Source: Candidatus Versatilivorator sp. (lineage in GTDB: Bacteria > Acidobacteriota > Terriglobia > Versatilivoradales > Versatilivoraceae). From it: a DNA stretch of 64,000 nt. The notes below the pieces were generated by a model. The model saw nothing but the letters and a program-made list of their open reading frames with translations. It did not search any database and was not told the origin of the DNA. This document shows positions 31,439 to 42,503 of this stretch, in pieces. Location: NCBI GenBank assembly GCA_965207735.1, contig OZ242296.1:4512001-4576000 (forward strand), written 5' to 3'. Every line of letters begins with the position of its first letter. Positions within the stretch are counted from its first letter, which is position 1. A program made the position numbers and the translations under genes.

Positions 31439-34201
31439 CTACTTCACATAAAGAAACTCGTTGGAGCTCAGCAGCACCCGGGCGTATTGGGGCCAGCCCT
31501 TGTCGTTTTCCCGGAGAAACTTGACCCCGAGCCGCAGCTCCTCGCGGTTGGGGTCGCGGCCGAACAGGATGTGGTAGATCCGGCGGATCCGGGCCGGGTC
31601 CGCCGCCCCGCTGTCCAACCGGTCGACCAGCGCCTCCGACAACCGGGTCAGAAAGGCGCTGTTGAGAAAGAACAGCCGCTGCAGGGGCGTGGAGGTCTCG
31701 AATCGGGTTTCGCTGATGGCGGTCGGATTAGGGAAGTCGAACAAGGTCATGGTCTTGTCCGGACGCCGCCGACTGACGAAGCCGTAGAGGGTGCGCCGGT
31801 TGGAATCGGTGAGGATCCACTCCGCCGGCTGGCTGTACTTGTCGGGCTCCCCGTCGGGGCCCTTGCGCCAGGCCAGGTTCTCCGTCAACCACATCGGGGG
31901 GCCTCCCAGGGCTGGGTCCAGTTTCCCCGAGACGAAAAGCAGGCTGTCGCGCAACGCCTCGGCATCCAGCCGCCGCCGATTGGACCGCCAGTAGAGGCCG
32001 TTGTCGGGGTCCAGCTCGGCGTTTCGGTCGGAGCCGGCGCTGGAGAGGGCATAGGTGGCCGAAAGCATGATCTCGCGATGGAGCGACTTCAGCGACCAGC
32101 CACTGGAGATGAGCCGGGAAGCCAGGTAGTCCAGCAGTAGAGGATGGGTGGGTCGGTCGCCCAGTCGGCCGAAGTTGCTGACCGTGCCCACGATGCCCCG
32201 TCCGAAGTGGTGGAGCCAGAGGCGATTGACCATCACCCGGGCCGTCAGGGGGTTGCCGGGATCGGCGATGGCTTCGGCCAGTTCCAGCCGGCCGCTTCCC
32301 TTTTGGAAGGGTGCGGGTTCTCCTTCCGACAGGATCTGCAGGAAGCGCCGCGGGGCCGTATCTCCCAGGTTGTCCTTGCTTCCGCCGATGTGAACTTTCA
32401 GGTCGGTAGGCTTTTCCGAGTCCCGGATGGCGTGGAGGAAGGCGTACTTGGCCGGTAGGCTTTCCTTCAGGATTCGGATCTCCTCGAAGACCCCATCCAC
32501 GTAGTCCCGGCGCTCGCCCTTCAGGAAGGGGATCACCTTCTTTTCCATTCCGGGATACTGGTTCACTTCGCCGTAGTAGTAGATGCCCAGCGGAGGGCGA
32601 TAGGGCAGGTCGGGTCTGGGGGTGGAGAAGTAGAAGGCGTTCCAGAAGCCGGCCTTGTCGGCTTCCATCACCTCGGGCGGCTTCCCCTTGGGAGCGCTCT
32701 GGTTCTTCCGGTCCAGCTCCTTGCGTTCCCGGGCCACCGAGATCACCCGGGCTTGAAACGCCTCCGCCCATTTCCGAAAGTCCTCCTCGGATGCCTGGAG
32801 CCGCTCGGGCCAGTCGTTCAGCCAGGGATGCTCCTTGGGCCAGGTCTCCAGGTGTTTGATCCAGCGCTGCAGGGTCTCGCCGTCCAGACCGGCCTGCCGG
32901 GCGGCGTCGGCCACCGGCAACCGGGATTCACCCAGCACTTGCCGGGCAGCCCCCAGGTACCTGGCCGTCTGGCTGGCCAGGATGTCTCCCAGTTGCAGGG
33001 TCTCCCGCTTCAGGAACTCCTTGAGGTCCGTTTCCAGGTTGCCGATGCGCTTGGCCTGCTCCTGATACTTGGAGACCACCGCCTCGGCAGCCAGGGGGAA
33101 CTCGTGGGATTGGGTGCTCTGAAAGACGCCCTGCAGCGAATAGAAGTCGCGGGTGGGAATGGGGTCGTACTTGTGGTCGTGGCACTTGGCGCAGGCCACC
33201 GTCAGCCCCAGAAAGGTCCGAGCGGTGACGTCCACCCGATCGTCCGGTAAGCGGGGGCTCAGACCGTAGAGGCCGAGACCGCCCGCGAATCTCTCCGGCG
33301 CCTCCGGCTCCATCAGGTCTCCCGCGATCTGGGCCTTGGTGAAGACATCGTAGGGAAGATCTTCGTTAAGGACCCGCACCACCCAGTCCCGGTAGCGATA
33401 GGCGTTGGGATAGGGATCGTCCCTGGTGTCGTTGAGCCGGTCGTCGGCATAGCGGGCCAGGTCCAGCCAATAACGTCCCCAGCGCTCCCCGTAGTGGGGC
33501 GAGGCCAGCAGGCGGTCGACCACCCTGGCGAAGGCCAGCGGCGAACGGTCGCGGACGAAGGCCTCCACCTGCTCCGGGGTGGGCGGCAGTCCGATCAGGT
33601 CCAGGCCGGCGCGCCGTATGAGCACCCGCCGGTCGGCAGGTTTCACCGGCCGCATTCCCTCCGACTCCAGCCGGGCCAGGATGAATCGATCGATGGCCGA
33701 TCGGGGCCATTGACTGCCTGTGGTCGCGGGCGGCGCCGGCTTGCGGATGGGCAAGAAGCTCCAGAAGGACCGCTGCTCCGGAGTGATGCGGTAGGGGTGG
33801 CCGTTCTCAGTCTTTGCCTTAGCCGCCTGGTCTTGGGCCTCCGGCCAGAAGGCGCCCGTGCGGACCCAGGTCTCCAGGTCGCGGACCTGGCCGGGGTGCA
33901 AGGGATTTCCGGGCGGCATCTTGATGCGCGGATGGGTGCGCCGAACCGCCTGGATCAGCAAGCTGGCCTCCGGGTCGCCGGGAAGGATGGCCGGACCCGA
34001 TTGGCCGCCCTTCAGGATCGATTCCCGAGAGTCCAGGCGAAGGCCGCTTTGAGGCGAATCGGTGTGGCACGTAAAGCAGTGTTGAACCAGCAGCGGACGG
34101 ACGCGCTCCTCGAAGAAATCGGAGGGGTTCTCCGATGCAGGCAGACCCTGCACCCAAAGCATCAGGGCCGCGACCGCTGCTACTGCCCGTTGAGGTTTCA
34201 C
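31439..34201 (-). CDS. Planctomycete cytochrome c plus DUF1549/DUF1553 protein
   Basis: CFTCH and CAKCH heme motifs; YGERWGRYWLDLARYAD; ARVMVNRLW; HPLLLDYLA. Confidence 0.93.
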   Translation of the reverse strand: MKPQRAVAAVAALMLWVQGLPASENPSDFFEERVRPLLVQHCFTCHTDSPQSGLRLDSRESILKGGQSGPAILPGDPEASLLIQAVRRTHPRIKMPPGNPLHPGQVRDLETWVRTGAFWPEAQDQAAKAKTENGHPYRITPEQRSFWSFLPIRKPAPPATTGSQWPRSAIDRFILARLESEGMRPVKPADRRVLIRRAGLDLIGLPPTPEQVEAFVRDRSPLAFARVVDRLLASPHYGERWGRYWLDLARYADDRLNDTRDDPYPNAYRYRDWVVRVLNEDLPYDVFTKAQIAGDLMEPEAPERFAGGLGLYGLSPRLPDDRVDVTARTFLGLTVACAKCHDHKYDPIPTRDFYSLQGVFQSTQSHEFPLAAEAVVSKYQEQAKRIGNLETDLKEFLKRETLQLGDILASQTARYLGAARQVLGESRLPVADAARQAGLDGETLQRWIKHLETWPKEHPWLNDWPERLQASEEDFRKWAEAFQARVISVARERKELDRKNQSAPKGKPPEVMEADKAGFWNAFYFSTPRPDLPYRPPLGIYYYGEVNQYPGMEKKVIPFLKGERRDYVDGVFEEIRILKESLPAKYAFLHAIRDSEKPTDLKVHIGGSKDNLGDTAPRRFLQILSEGEPAPFQKGSGRLELAEAIADPGNPLTARVMVNRLWLHHFGRGIVGTVSNFGRLGDRPTHPLLLDYLASRLISSGWSLKSLHREIMLSATYALSSAGSDRNAELDPDNGLYWRSNRRRLDAEALRDSLLFVSGKLDPALGGPPMWLTENLAWRKGPDGEPDKYSQPAEWILTDSNRRTLYGFVSRRRPDKTMTLFDFPNPTAISETRFETSTPLQRLFFLNSAFLTRLSEALVDRLDSGAADPARIRRIYHILFGRDPNREELRLGVKFLRENDKGWPQYARVLLSSNEFLYVK

Positions 34202-34271
34202 GATGCCTGAAGTGTCTCACCAGTTCCCGGTCAGGTCAAGGGGGGACGGCGCATGGGTGATCCCACGGTGC

Positions 34272-34341
34272 CGGAAATGATGAATGATGAATGAGGAGTA
34301 ATGCCGGAAATGATGAATGAGGAGTGATGAATGATGAGTGA
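34272..34341. repeat. Low-complexity (GAATGAT)n tandem repeat with duplicated TGCCGGAAATGATGAATGA
   Basis: Directly visible in the sequence. Confidence 0.7.
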
Positions 34342-34412
34342 CTCTCGGCTCCGGCGTGGTTCCACGCTCCCGGAGGTCACAACCCTTCCCGGCAATTAAT
34401 CCCGCTTGCTGA

Positions 34413-34431
34413 CGAATTTTGCAAAGGGCTC
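34413..34431. mobile_element. Solo terminal inverted repeat of the 1487-bp IS family
   Basis: CGAATTTTGCAAAGGGCTC matches the right TIR at 18/19. Confidence 0.6.
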
Positions 34432-34459
34432 CGGGGATAACCGGGCGAACGCGAACAAG

Positions 34460-34486
34460 GGGCAACCACAAGGGTTTGCCCCTACA
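34460..34486 (-). repeat. GTAG-type REP
   Basis: Minus strand reads TGTAGGGGCAAACCCTTGTGGTTGCCC. Confidence 0.65.
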
Positions 34487-34554
34487 GTGGGGGCAGCCTG
34501 GGATCGTCTTGCAGGTAGAAAGGGTGCGATGGGGCAGGGCGCGTCACTCGGACC

Positions 34555-34767
34555 TCAGTCTTTGGCGGAACGCTCCTGGGCGGAGGCGATCACGTCGAAA
34601 AGGCCATCCTTGGCGGCCTCCCGCCGCACTTCGCGAGTCTCGATGTAGAAGCGGAGCGCTTCCCTGAAGAGTTCGGACATGTTGCGGTACTCTTCCTTTG
34701 CGACCTTTTCGGCTTCCTTCAGCAGGGGCGGCGGCAGGGAAATGGTGACCAGTTTTCTCGAGCGCAT
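34555..34767 (-). CDS. Ribbon-helix-helix (CopG-like) protein, orphan antitoxin-like
   Basis: VTISLPPPLLKEAEKVAKEEYRNMSELFREALRFY; RBS AAGGAGG. Confidence 0.85.
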   Translation of the reverse strand: MRSRKLVTISLPPPLLKEAEKVAKEEYRNMSELFREALRFYIETREVRREAAKDGLFDVIASAQERSAKD

Positions 34768-34839
34768 GGGTGCCTCCTTGGTGTCATACATTGTAGCACC
34801 GGCGTCCAATGGGGGTACGCTCGATTGTCACCTATGGGG

Positions 34840-35135
34840 CGCCGCGTCTGCCCCCCTCCGGCTCGACAGCGGGCTGGCGCACCTTCGGGACGCCGAGTTT
34901 GCCCCCCTCCGGCTCGACAGCGGGCTCCGCCCTCTCGCCGACTCCCCCTCAAGGGGGGAGTGATACTTGAGGCCTGTAGAGGGCTTATTGCCTGATTGCT
35001 GGGCGGGATGTAAACCATGTTCCCGGTCTACCGCATAAACTCCGTTCCCACTTCATAACACGGATATCACTCCCCCCTTGAGGGGGAGTCGCAGAAGCCG
35101 AGCCGAATGGCGAAGGCTGATGCGGTGGGGGGCCG
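34840..35135. repeat. REPIN/MITE-like element, copy 2
   Basis: Matches 6695-6950. Confidence 0.85.
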
Positions 35136-35269
35136 ACTCGGGGTCGCTAAGCTGCGCCGGGCTGTCGCACCAAGTCGTTTCAGCGCCGTTCCAATACGCA
35201 CAGCCTTACCAGAACCACGCCGACCGTCCACCTGTTCTCATGAGTGCAGGCTTGGTCGGAAACGCCCGG

Positions 35270-36097
35270 CTAAGCCGGCTTGGCGCTCCCCCGCCGGCGC
35301 AGCCATTCCACCACCAGCATCAAAAGCAGGGCGAAGGCGATGAGCAGGGTGGCCACGGCCAGGATGGCCGGGCTGATTTGCTCGCGGATGCCCGACCACA
35401 TCTGGCGCGGTATGGTGCGCTGGTCCAGCCCGCCGATGAAGAGCACGGTGACCACTTCGTCGAAGGAGGTGGCGAAGGCGAACAGGGCGCCGGAAATCAC
35501 GCCGGGTGCGATTAGAGGGAACTGCACCCGCCGGAAGGTCCGCACGGGTCCCGCTCCCAGGCTGGCGGCGGCGCGGGTCAGGTTGGGATCGAAGCCGCTG
35601 AGGGTGGCGGTGACGGTAATCACCACGAAGGGAGTGCCCAGCGCCGTGTGGGCCAGGATCAGCCCCGGGTAGGTCTGCGCCAGCCCCAGGTCGGAATAGA
35701 AGAAGAACATGCCCGCCGCCGAGATGATGACCGGCGTGACCATGGGCGAGATCAGCAGGCCCATGGCCAGGGAGCGCCCGGGCATGGCGGGGTTGGAGAG
35801 TCCCAGGGCAGCCAGCGTGCCCAGCGCCGTGGCCAGGGCTGTGGCCGCGAAACCGATGACCAGGCTGTTGGCCAGCGCCCGCAGCCACTGCGGGTCTTCG
35901 GCCACGGTGCGGTACCAGCGCAGCGAATAGGCCTGGGGGTCCAGGCTCAGCATTCCCTCGGTGAAGGTGAAGTAGGGCTCGACGTTGAAGCTGAGCGGCA
36001 CGATCACCAGGATGGGCGCCGTCAGAAAGAGGAACACCGCCGAGCAGTAGGCCAGGTAGCCGAGTCGTCCAACTCGTCCCCAGGAATTGCCGGACAT
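35270..36097 (-). CDS. potC: Polyamine-type ABC transporter permease (PotC-like)
   Basis: AAASLGA EAA-like loop, FATSFDEV and SLRWY. Confidence 0.88.
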   Translation of the reverse strand: MSGNSWGRVGRLGYLAYCSAVFLFLTAPILVIVPLSFNVEPYFTFTEGMLSLDPQAYSLRWYRTVAEDPQWLRALANSLVIGFAATALATALGTLAALGLSNPAMPGRSLAMGLLISPMVTPVIISAAGMFFFYSDLGLAQTYPGLILAHTALGTPFVVITVTATLSGFDPNLTRAAASLGAGPVRTFRRVQFPLIAPGVISGALFAFATSFDEVVTVLFIGGLDQRTIPRQMWSGIREQISPAILAVATLLIAFALLLMLVVEWLRRRGSAKPA

Positions 36098-36104
36098 CTT
36101 CGCC

Positions 36105-37277
36105 TCACCCCAATCGCATACGGTCGACTCCGACCAGCCGGTTAAAGACAAGATAGAGAAGGAACACTCCCCCCAGCAGGACGCCGCCCAGCGCGGCGGC
36201 CAGCCCCCAGTTGAGAGACTGTTGCATGTGGTAGGCAACCATGTTGGAGATGAGTTGGCCGCTCTGGCCGCCCACCAGCGCGGGAGTGATGTAGTAGCCG
36301 ATGGCCAGGATGAACACCAGCAGCGAGCCGGCCGCCACCCCCGGCAGTGTCTGCGGCCAGTACACCCGCCGGAAGGCCTGCAGGAAGCTGGCTCCCAGCG
36401 AGGCGGCCGCGCTCATGTAGAGCGGTGGGATGGTGCGCATGACCGAGTAGAGGGGGAGCACCATGAAGGGCAGCAGCACATGGGTCATCGCCACCACGGT
36501 GCCGGTCATGTTGTAGATCATGGAGATCCTCTGGTCATCGCCGATCAGCCCCACGGCCGCCAGCAGGTCGTTGATCACCCCCTGGGTCTGCAGCAGCACG
36601 ATCCAGGAGGTCGTCCTGACCAGCAGCGACGTCCAGAAGGGAACCAGCACCAGCAACAACAGCAGGTTGGCCCGGTGGGGCGGAGCATTGGCGATGAGAT
36701 AGGCGATGGGATAGCCCAACAGCAGGCACAGCAGGGTGATGCCCAGACTCACCCCCAGCGTGCGGCTCAGCAGCGGCAGGTAAATGCGCAGGTCGGGCGG
36801 TTGCCTGACGATGCCTCCGCCGGGGGCCTGGTCCAGGTCCAGGGCATGGAGGTAGTGGCGCAGGGTGAAGCGCTCTCCCGCACGGCGGATAGCATGCCAG
36901 GTTCGGGTCTGGCCCCACTTGGGATCGATGGCGATCATGGCCTCGCGCCAGGAGTCGGGGCGGGGGGCCCCACGCAGCTTGCGCACGCTCCTCAGCAGGG
37001 CGCTGCGCAGCCCGGCCTGCACGCGGTTGACGCGAGTGGCGATCCGCCCCAGGGTCCGCTCCCGGCGCGCTTTCAGCAACTCGCCCCCGATGGCCTCGAA
37101 GACCGACTCCGGCGGGATGCGCTCGCCGTCCCACTCACGCAACAGGCGGAGGGTCTCGGGAAGCGCATCGGCCACCAGCGGGTCGTGGACGCTGCGCCCC
37201 AGCATGACCACCAGCGGAGCCACGAAGGTCACCAGAATGAAGGCTGCCAGGGGCAACACCAAGGCGGCCGGACGCAA
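36105..37277 (-). CDS. potB: Polyamine-type ABC transporter permease (PotB-like)
   Basis: PFWTSLLVRT, LPFMVLPLY and AAASLGA; start uncertain (ORF open to 37355). Confidence 0.87.
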   Translation of the reverse strand: MRPAALVLPLAAFILVTFVAPLVVMLGRSVHDPLVADALPETLRLLREWDGERIPPESVFEAIGGELLKARRERTLGRIATRVNRVQAGLRSALLRSVRKLRGAPRPDSWREAMIAIDPKWGQTRTWHAIRRAGERFTLRHYLHALDLDQAPGGGIVRQPPDLRIYLPLLSRTLGVSLGITLLCLLLGYPIAYLIANAPPHRANLLLLLVLVPFWTSLLVRTTSWIVLLQTQGVINDLLAAVGLIGDDQRISMIYNMTGTVVAMTHVLLPFMVLPLYSVMRTIPPLYMSAAASLGASFLQAFRRVYWPQTLPGVAAGSLLVFILAIGYYITPALVGGQSGQLISNMVAYHMQQSLNWGLAAALGGVLLGGVFLLYLVFNRLVGVDRMRLG

Positions 37278-37288
37278 GCGGGGACTTC

Positions 37289-38446
37289 TCAGCGCAGCAG
37301 CCAGGCGATGAATCGCAGGTTCATCTCGTCGATGTGATCGCTCCACCATTCCCAATCGTATTGCAGGCCGCTAGCCACGTTTTCGGGTGTGGTGGGCATG
37401 TGCGGCTTCATGTCCACCCCCGTCTCCAGGTGGGTCGAAATCAGCGCCGTTCCCGAATGCCGAGCGGGACTGTAGGAGATATAGCGGCCCACCGCCACCA
37501 TGGACCGGGCGGTGGTGGCGAAGGAGAGGAATTTCCGTGCCGCTTCCAGGTTCGGGCTTCCGGCCACGATCACCAGTTGGCCCATGTCCAGCAACTGGCC
37601 GTCCCAGACGATGGCGAAGGGTTGATTTTCCAGCACCTGGGCGTTGAAGATGCGGCCGTTGTAGGCCGTGGTCATGGCCACTTCGCCATCGGCCAGCATC
37701 TGAGGCGGCTGGGCGCCGGCTTCCCACCAAACGATGTGATCCTTGATGCTGTCGAGCTTGCGGAAGGCCCGGTCCAGTCCCTCCTGGGTGTTGAGGATGG
37801 CGTACACCTGGTCCAACGGCACCCCGTCGGCCATCAGCGCGAACTCCAGATTGACCTGCGGGGTCCGCCGCATGCCGCGGCGCCCCGGGAATTTTTTCAG
37901 GTCGAAGAAGTCGCCGATGGTGGATGGCCTGGCCTCGGGAAATTTCTCCAGGTTGTAGGCGTAGATGGTGGAATAGAAGAGCGTTCCGACCCCGCACTCG
38001 GTGAGGGAACCGGGGAAGAAGTCCTCCTCGGCGGGCGTGCCGTCAGCCCCCGGCGCCAGGTCGCCGGGGCTTATGGGTTCCAGCAGTCCTTCGTCGCAAC
38101 CCCGCACCGCGTCCGCCATTTCCATATCGACCATGTCCCAGTGGACATTGCCGGTTTCGACCTGGGCCCGAATCTGGGCCAGTCCGCCGTTGTAGTCCTC
38201 CAGCCGTATCTCGATGCCGCTTTCGGCAGTGAAGGGTTCGTGATAGGCCTTATCGCAGGCCCGGGCGTAGGAACCACCCCACGAAACCATGGTCAGAGAT
38301 TCGGCCAGCGCCAAGGGGCGGCCCCCGGTGAGAATGGCCAATAGCAGGAGCAGCGCGGCAGGGTTTGGCCGTCCGTACCGCCTGTCCGTACCCGGGGCTC
38401 GGACAAGAAGACCGAGGCTGAAGCGTCCCGAACGGTTCAGAATCAT
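37289..38446 (-). CDS. potD: Polyamine-type ABC transporter substrate-binding protein (PotD/PotF-like)
   Basis: SWGGSY, DFFDLKKFPGRRG and QMLADGEV; signal peptide present. Confidence 0.87.
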   Translation of the reverse strand: MILNRSGRFSLGLLVRAPGTDRRYGRPNPAALLLLLAILTGGRPLALAESLTMVSWGGSYARACDKAYHEPFTAESGIEIRLEDYNGGLAQIRAQVETGNVHWDMVDMEMADAVRGCDEGLLEPISPGDLAPGADGTPAEEDFFPGSLTECGVGTLFYSTIYAYNLEKFPEARPSTIGDFFDLKKFPGRRGMRRTPQVNLEFALMADGVPLDQVYAILNTQEGLDRAFRKLDSIKDHIVWWEAGAQPPQMLADGEVAMTTAYNGRIFNAQVLENQPFAIVWDGQLLDMGQLVIVAGSPNLEAARKFLSFATTARSMVAVGRYISYSPARHSGTALISTHLETGVDMKPHMPTTPENVASGLQYDWEWWSDHIDEMNLRFIAWLLR

Positions 38447-38532
38447 GGTTAGCCCCGCCCCCGCCCTGCCGTGCGGACCCTACAGGGTGAAACCGGGTGT
38501 TTCAGGCAGATGCTTAACGTGTCGATCAATAA

Positions 38533-38562
38533 ACTCTCCACTCTCCACTCTCCACTCTCCAC
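38533..38562. repeat. (ACTCTCC)4 heptamer tandem repeat
   Basis: Directly visible between potA and potD. Confidence 0.8.
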
Positions 38563-38620
38563 CTGGCTGCGCCGCCATTCCATACGACGGGGCGGCTCAC
38601 AAGGGGCAAAACAGGAGTGT

Positions 38621-39760
38621 TCAAGGCAAGCCTTCCTCGGGTTCGTCGGGCTCCAGCGCCCGGCCGTCGGTCAGGGTCCAGCCGACCCGGACCCGATCCC
38701 CCGCCAGCACGGCTCCGTGGCCCACGATGTTGGGTATCTTGGCGATGAAGTCCGGGCTGTCGCACACCGTCATGCGCAGCCTGAGGTGATCGCCCAGGAA
38801 GGTGATGTCGTCGATCCTGGCATCGAACTCGTTGCCGTAGAGGCCCGGCTCGGGGGCCACGGCCACCCGTTCCGGGCGGATGGCGACCGAAACGGAGTCG
38901 CCGACCCGGCAGGGCGCCACCCGGAAGGCGGTGACGATCCGGCCGCCGGTCTCCACCCGGCAGAAGTCGCCTTCGATCCCGACGACTCTTCCACGCAGCA
39001 GGTTGTTGTCTCCGATAAAGCGGGCCACGAACTCCCGCTCGGGCTCTTCATAGAGCGCTTCGGGCGGCGCCACCTGCTCGATTCGGCCCCGCTGGAAGAC
39101 GGCCACCCGATCCGACATGGCCATGGCCTCCTGCTGGTCGTGGGTGACGTAGACGACGGTCACTCCCAGCTTCCGCTGAATGCGCCGCACCTCGTACTGC
39201 ATCTCCTCCCGCAGGCGGCGGTCCAGGGCTCCCAGGGGTTCGTCCATCAGCACCAGGGCCGGCTCGAACACGAGCGCTCGGGCGATGGCCACCCGCTGCT
39301 GCTGGCCGCCGGAAAGCTGGCCCGGTCGCCGCCCTTCCAGCCCTTCCAGGCGCACCAGTTCCAGCGCGCCGCGGACGCGTTCCCGAATCTGGCTCGGGTC
39401 CATCCCCCGCACTTCCAGGGGAAAGGAGAGGTTTTCCCCGACGGTCATGTGGGGAAACAAGGCATAGTTCTGGAAGACGACGCCGATGTCGCGTTTACGC
39501 GGGGGGAGATCGTCTACGGCGCGCCCGCCGATGCGGATGGTGCCCGAGGTGGGTATCTGAAAGCCCGCCAGCATCATCAGGCAGGTGGTCTTGCCGGAAC
39601 CGGAGGGCCCCAGCAACGTCAGGAACTCGCCCTCGTAAGCCACCAGGTCCAGGTCCCGGACCACGATGGTGCGACCGTCATAGCTCTTGCTGACGCCTTC
39701 GAACTCGACGTGGACCTTAGAGGATGAATCCATCGGGGGACTCGTTCCGTGTTCTGCCAT
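38621..39760 (-). CDS. potA: Polyamine-type ABC transporter ATP-binding protein (PotA-like)
   Basis: [26 protein letters not shown] and TOBE domain. Confidence 0.92.
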   Translation of the reverse strand: MAEHGTSPPMDSSSKVHVEFEGVSKSYDGRTIVVRDLDLVAYEGEFLTLLGPSGSGKTTCLMMLAGFQIPTSGTIRIGGRAVDDLPPRKRDIGVVFQNYALFPHMTVGENLSFPLEVRGMDPSQIRERVRGALELVRLEGLEGRRPGQLSGGQQQRVAIARALVFEPALVLMDEPLGALDRRLREEMQYEVRRIQRKLGVTVVYVTHDQQEAMAMSDRVAVFQRGRIEQVAPPEALYEEPEREFVARFIGDNNLLRGRVVGIEGDFCRVETGGRIVTAFRVAPCRVGDSVSVAIRPERVAVAPEPGLYGNEFDARIDDITFLGDHLRLRMTVCDSPDFIAKIPNIVGHGAVLAGDRVRVGWTLTDGRALEPDEPEEGLP

Positions 39761-39781
39761 TCGACCGGCCTGTCGCCGGCA

Positions 39782-39820
39782 GACGACCGGATCGACGACC
39801 GGATCGACGACCGGATCGAC
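39782..39820. repeat. (GACGACCGGATC)3 tandem repeat upstream of potA
   Basis: Directly visible in the sequence. Confidence 0.8.
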
Positions 39821-39894
39821 GTCCGGCCCCTGCCAACAGGGGCGAGTATAGCAGCAGCGTCAATTGAGGGTCGGCGGTTCCGCTGATGGGGACT

Positions 39895-40260
39895 CACGGG
39901 GCGCCGCGTCCGCCCCCCACCGAATAGCCAACGGGCTGCGCCAATGGGACGCCGCGTTGGCCCCCCACCGGCTCGACTGCGGGCTGCGCCCTGTGGTAGT
40001 CGCTCTCGGTGCGCCGAGTATGCCCCCCTCCGGATCGACTGCGGGCTTCGCCCTTGTCTCTCCGACTCCCCCTCAAGGGGGGAGTGATACTTGAGGCCTG
40101 CACAAGGCTTCTTGCCCGATTCCTGGGTAGGATGTAAACCCTGTTCCCGGTCTACCGCATAAACTCCGTTCCCTCTTCATAGCACGGATATCACTCCCCC
40201 CTTGAGGGGGAGTCGCAGAAGCCGAGCCGAATGGCGAAGGCTGATGCGGTGGGGGGCAGA
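39895..40260. repeat. REPIN/MITE-like element, copy 3, with extra partial arms
   Basis: Matches 6695-6950. Confidence 0.85.
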
Positions 40261-40527
40261 CGCCGAGGCCCCAGCCAGGATCGCCCGCAGCCCAAGGCCG
40301 CCAGGAGTCGCAGAAACCAGCGCCGCCAAGCGAAAGCTGCTGGGCCAAAACCACGCCGACTCGGCATCTACATGCCAACCGCTCCCCAAAAACGTTAAAC
40401 ACCCACCGCCCTCGGGGATTATCCTTATTCGGAAGCGCTGCCCCGGCGGCGCTTGGCTATTTTCGAGACAGCGGCGGCGACGGATGGATCGCCTGCGTCG
40501 ACCCATCTCCAGCAGACGTCAATTCCC

Positions 40528-41967
40528 ATGTTCGATAGCAGCCGCATGGTTGAACTGACCACCCTGATTGCCTACTTGGCGGTTCTGTTGTGGATCGGGC
40601 TGGGCAGCGCCCGCCGCATCCGCACCTCTACCGACTACACGCTGGCCGGAAGAAACGTCCCTTGGGTGGTGCTGCTGGCCACCACCGCGGCCACCCTGAT
40701 CGGAGGCGGAGCCTCGGTGGGCACTGTCTCCCGCGTCTATGAAATTGGTGTGGCCGCGGCGCTGGTCACTTGCGCCTGGCACCTGCAACTGATCTTTACC
40801 GGCCTGTGGGCGGCCCCCCGCCTTCGGGGGCTCAACCTGGTCACGGTATCGGACTTCTTCGAGCTGAAGTTCGGCCGGGTGGCCCGGGCCCTGGCCACGG
40901 CTCACTGCCTTTTCTTCCTGGTGGGGGCGCTGGTGGCGCAGATGGCGGCCATGGCCACCATCACCGCAGCCACCGCCGGCATACCCTACGGCGCCGCCCT
41001 GCTGATCGGGGCCACGGTCACCATTTTCTATTCCACGGTGGGCGGAATGCGGGCGGTGGTGGCCACCGATGTCCTGCAGTTCGTGATTCTGGTGGGTGGA
41101 TTGGCTGCCGCCTCGGGCATGCTGATTTTCCAGCATGGCGGTTTTCTTCCCCTGGCTGAGCAGCTCGGGCCGGCTTACTTCCAGATTACGGGGCACTGGT
41201 CGGTGACGGGGGTCGTCAGCCTGTTTGTGGCTTTTCTATTGGGAGAGATGTTCATCCCCACCTACACGGTTCGCTGCTTCATTGCCCGCGACGCCCGCCA
41301 GGCCAGGCTGGGAGTTGCCGGAAGCGGCATCTTCCTGCTGCTGTTTCTGCCCATCGCCACCTGCGTGTTGGGGCTTTCCGCGGCCGTCCAGCCCGAAGTG
41401 CAGCAGGCAGCCGCGGAAGGGGTTCAGCAGGTCTTTCCCGCCCTGGTTCGAACCACTTTTCACCCGGTCTTTGCCGGTGTCATGATCGCCGCCATGGCGG
41501 CCGCCGCCATGTCCTCGGCCGACAGCGTGCTCTCCTGCAACGCCACCGTGGTGATGCAGGACATCTATCGCCGCTACATCAATCCTGAGGCCGGGGACCG
41601 GACCTTGCTGCGGGTGGCCGAGTGGACCACCCTGGGCACCGGAGTGGCGGCCGCCCTATTGGCCTATCTCTACCAGGACATCATCGCGGTGCTGGTGTTC
41701 GTCTACGATTTCTGGGCCCCGGGCATGGTGCTGCCCTTTCTGGTGGGTCTGTTCTGGTACCGCGCCGAACGCGCGCCCGCCGTGGTGGCCTCCATGGCGG
41801 CCGCTACGGCGGCCACCATCCTCTGGCTGTGGCTGGATCCCCCGGGAGACCTGGGCGCAGCCCTGTTCGGCGTCGGCGTGGCGGTAGTGGTGTTCCTGGC
41901 GGCCCTTCCGTTTACGCGGCGGCGCGGGCCTCATACGCCCCCGAGCTTCCGCCCGGTAGGTTCTTAA
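40528..41967 (+). CDS. Sodium:solute symporter (SSS) family
   Basis: DYTLAGR, YSTVGGMRAVVATDVLQF and AAAMSSADS; about 13 TM segments. Confidence 0.92.
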   Translation: MFDSSRMVELTTLIAYLAVLLWIGLGSARRIRTSTDYTLAGRNVPWVVLLATTAATLIGGGASVGTVSRVYEIGVAAALVTCAWHLQLIFTGLWAAPRLRGLNLVTVSDFFELKFGRVARALATAHCLFFLVGALVAQMAAMATITAATAGIPYGAALLIGATVTIFYSTVGGMRAVVATDVLQFVILVGGLAAASGMLIFQHGGFLPLAEQLGPAYFQITGHWSVTGVVSLFVAFLLGEMFIPTYTVRCFIARDARQARLGVAGSGIFLLLFLPIATCVLGLSAAVQPEVQQAAAEGVQQVFPALVRTTFHPVFAGVMIAAMAAAAMSSADSVLSCNATVVMQDIYRRYINPEAGDRTLLRVAEWTTLGTGVAAALLAYLYQDIIAVLVFVYDFWAPGMVLPFLVGLFWYRAERAPAVVASMAAATAATILWLWLDPPGDLGAALFGVGVAVVVFLAALPFTRRRGPHTPPSFRPVGS

Positions 41968-42503
41968 CGTTCCTTTGAGGAGGCCGCGGGTTCCCGGGAC
42001 GCGGCTCTTAGTCCGCCGCCTACGCGGCTGAGGTGTATCGATTGTAACGCAATAATTATAAAAGACTTACTCTGGAATAGCCCGCTTCATTCCCCTCATT
42101 GAATCCCCCTAATTGAACAGGAATCCATTGGACCATTCGGGACGTTGACGGACGGTAACTGTTTGGTCAGGCCGTGATGGCTTGGACCTGGAAGAGATTG
42201 GAGGTGCCTGTAATCACAGGCGATCCGTCGGTTCTGCTCGCTACGCCTCCCCCGGACGGCGGATGGACTCCACAGCTTGGCCGAACGCTTACTGGCGGAC
42301 AGGTCAGCCGAGGATCAACCCTGAATCCGAGGCTGTCAAGCGGGGTGGCACGCAGCCGGTGCTGCCGATCGGAGATATCGGGTTGTGCGCATCCTCCAGC
42401 CTTGCCCCTCTCGGCCCCCTGGGCATCTGTGGTCGCCTGCAGGCGCGTCGTCTCATTCAATGCAGGAACGGCGCCACCCTCCAGGAATAGGCAACTTCTT
42501 CTT

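Noticed and set aside
34719-35018. Recurrent peptide MVYIPPSN...SITPPLRGS (also 25473) as a gene family
   Set aside because: It is a translation of the REPIN-like repeat, and the reading frame is not maintained across all copies.
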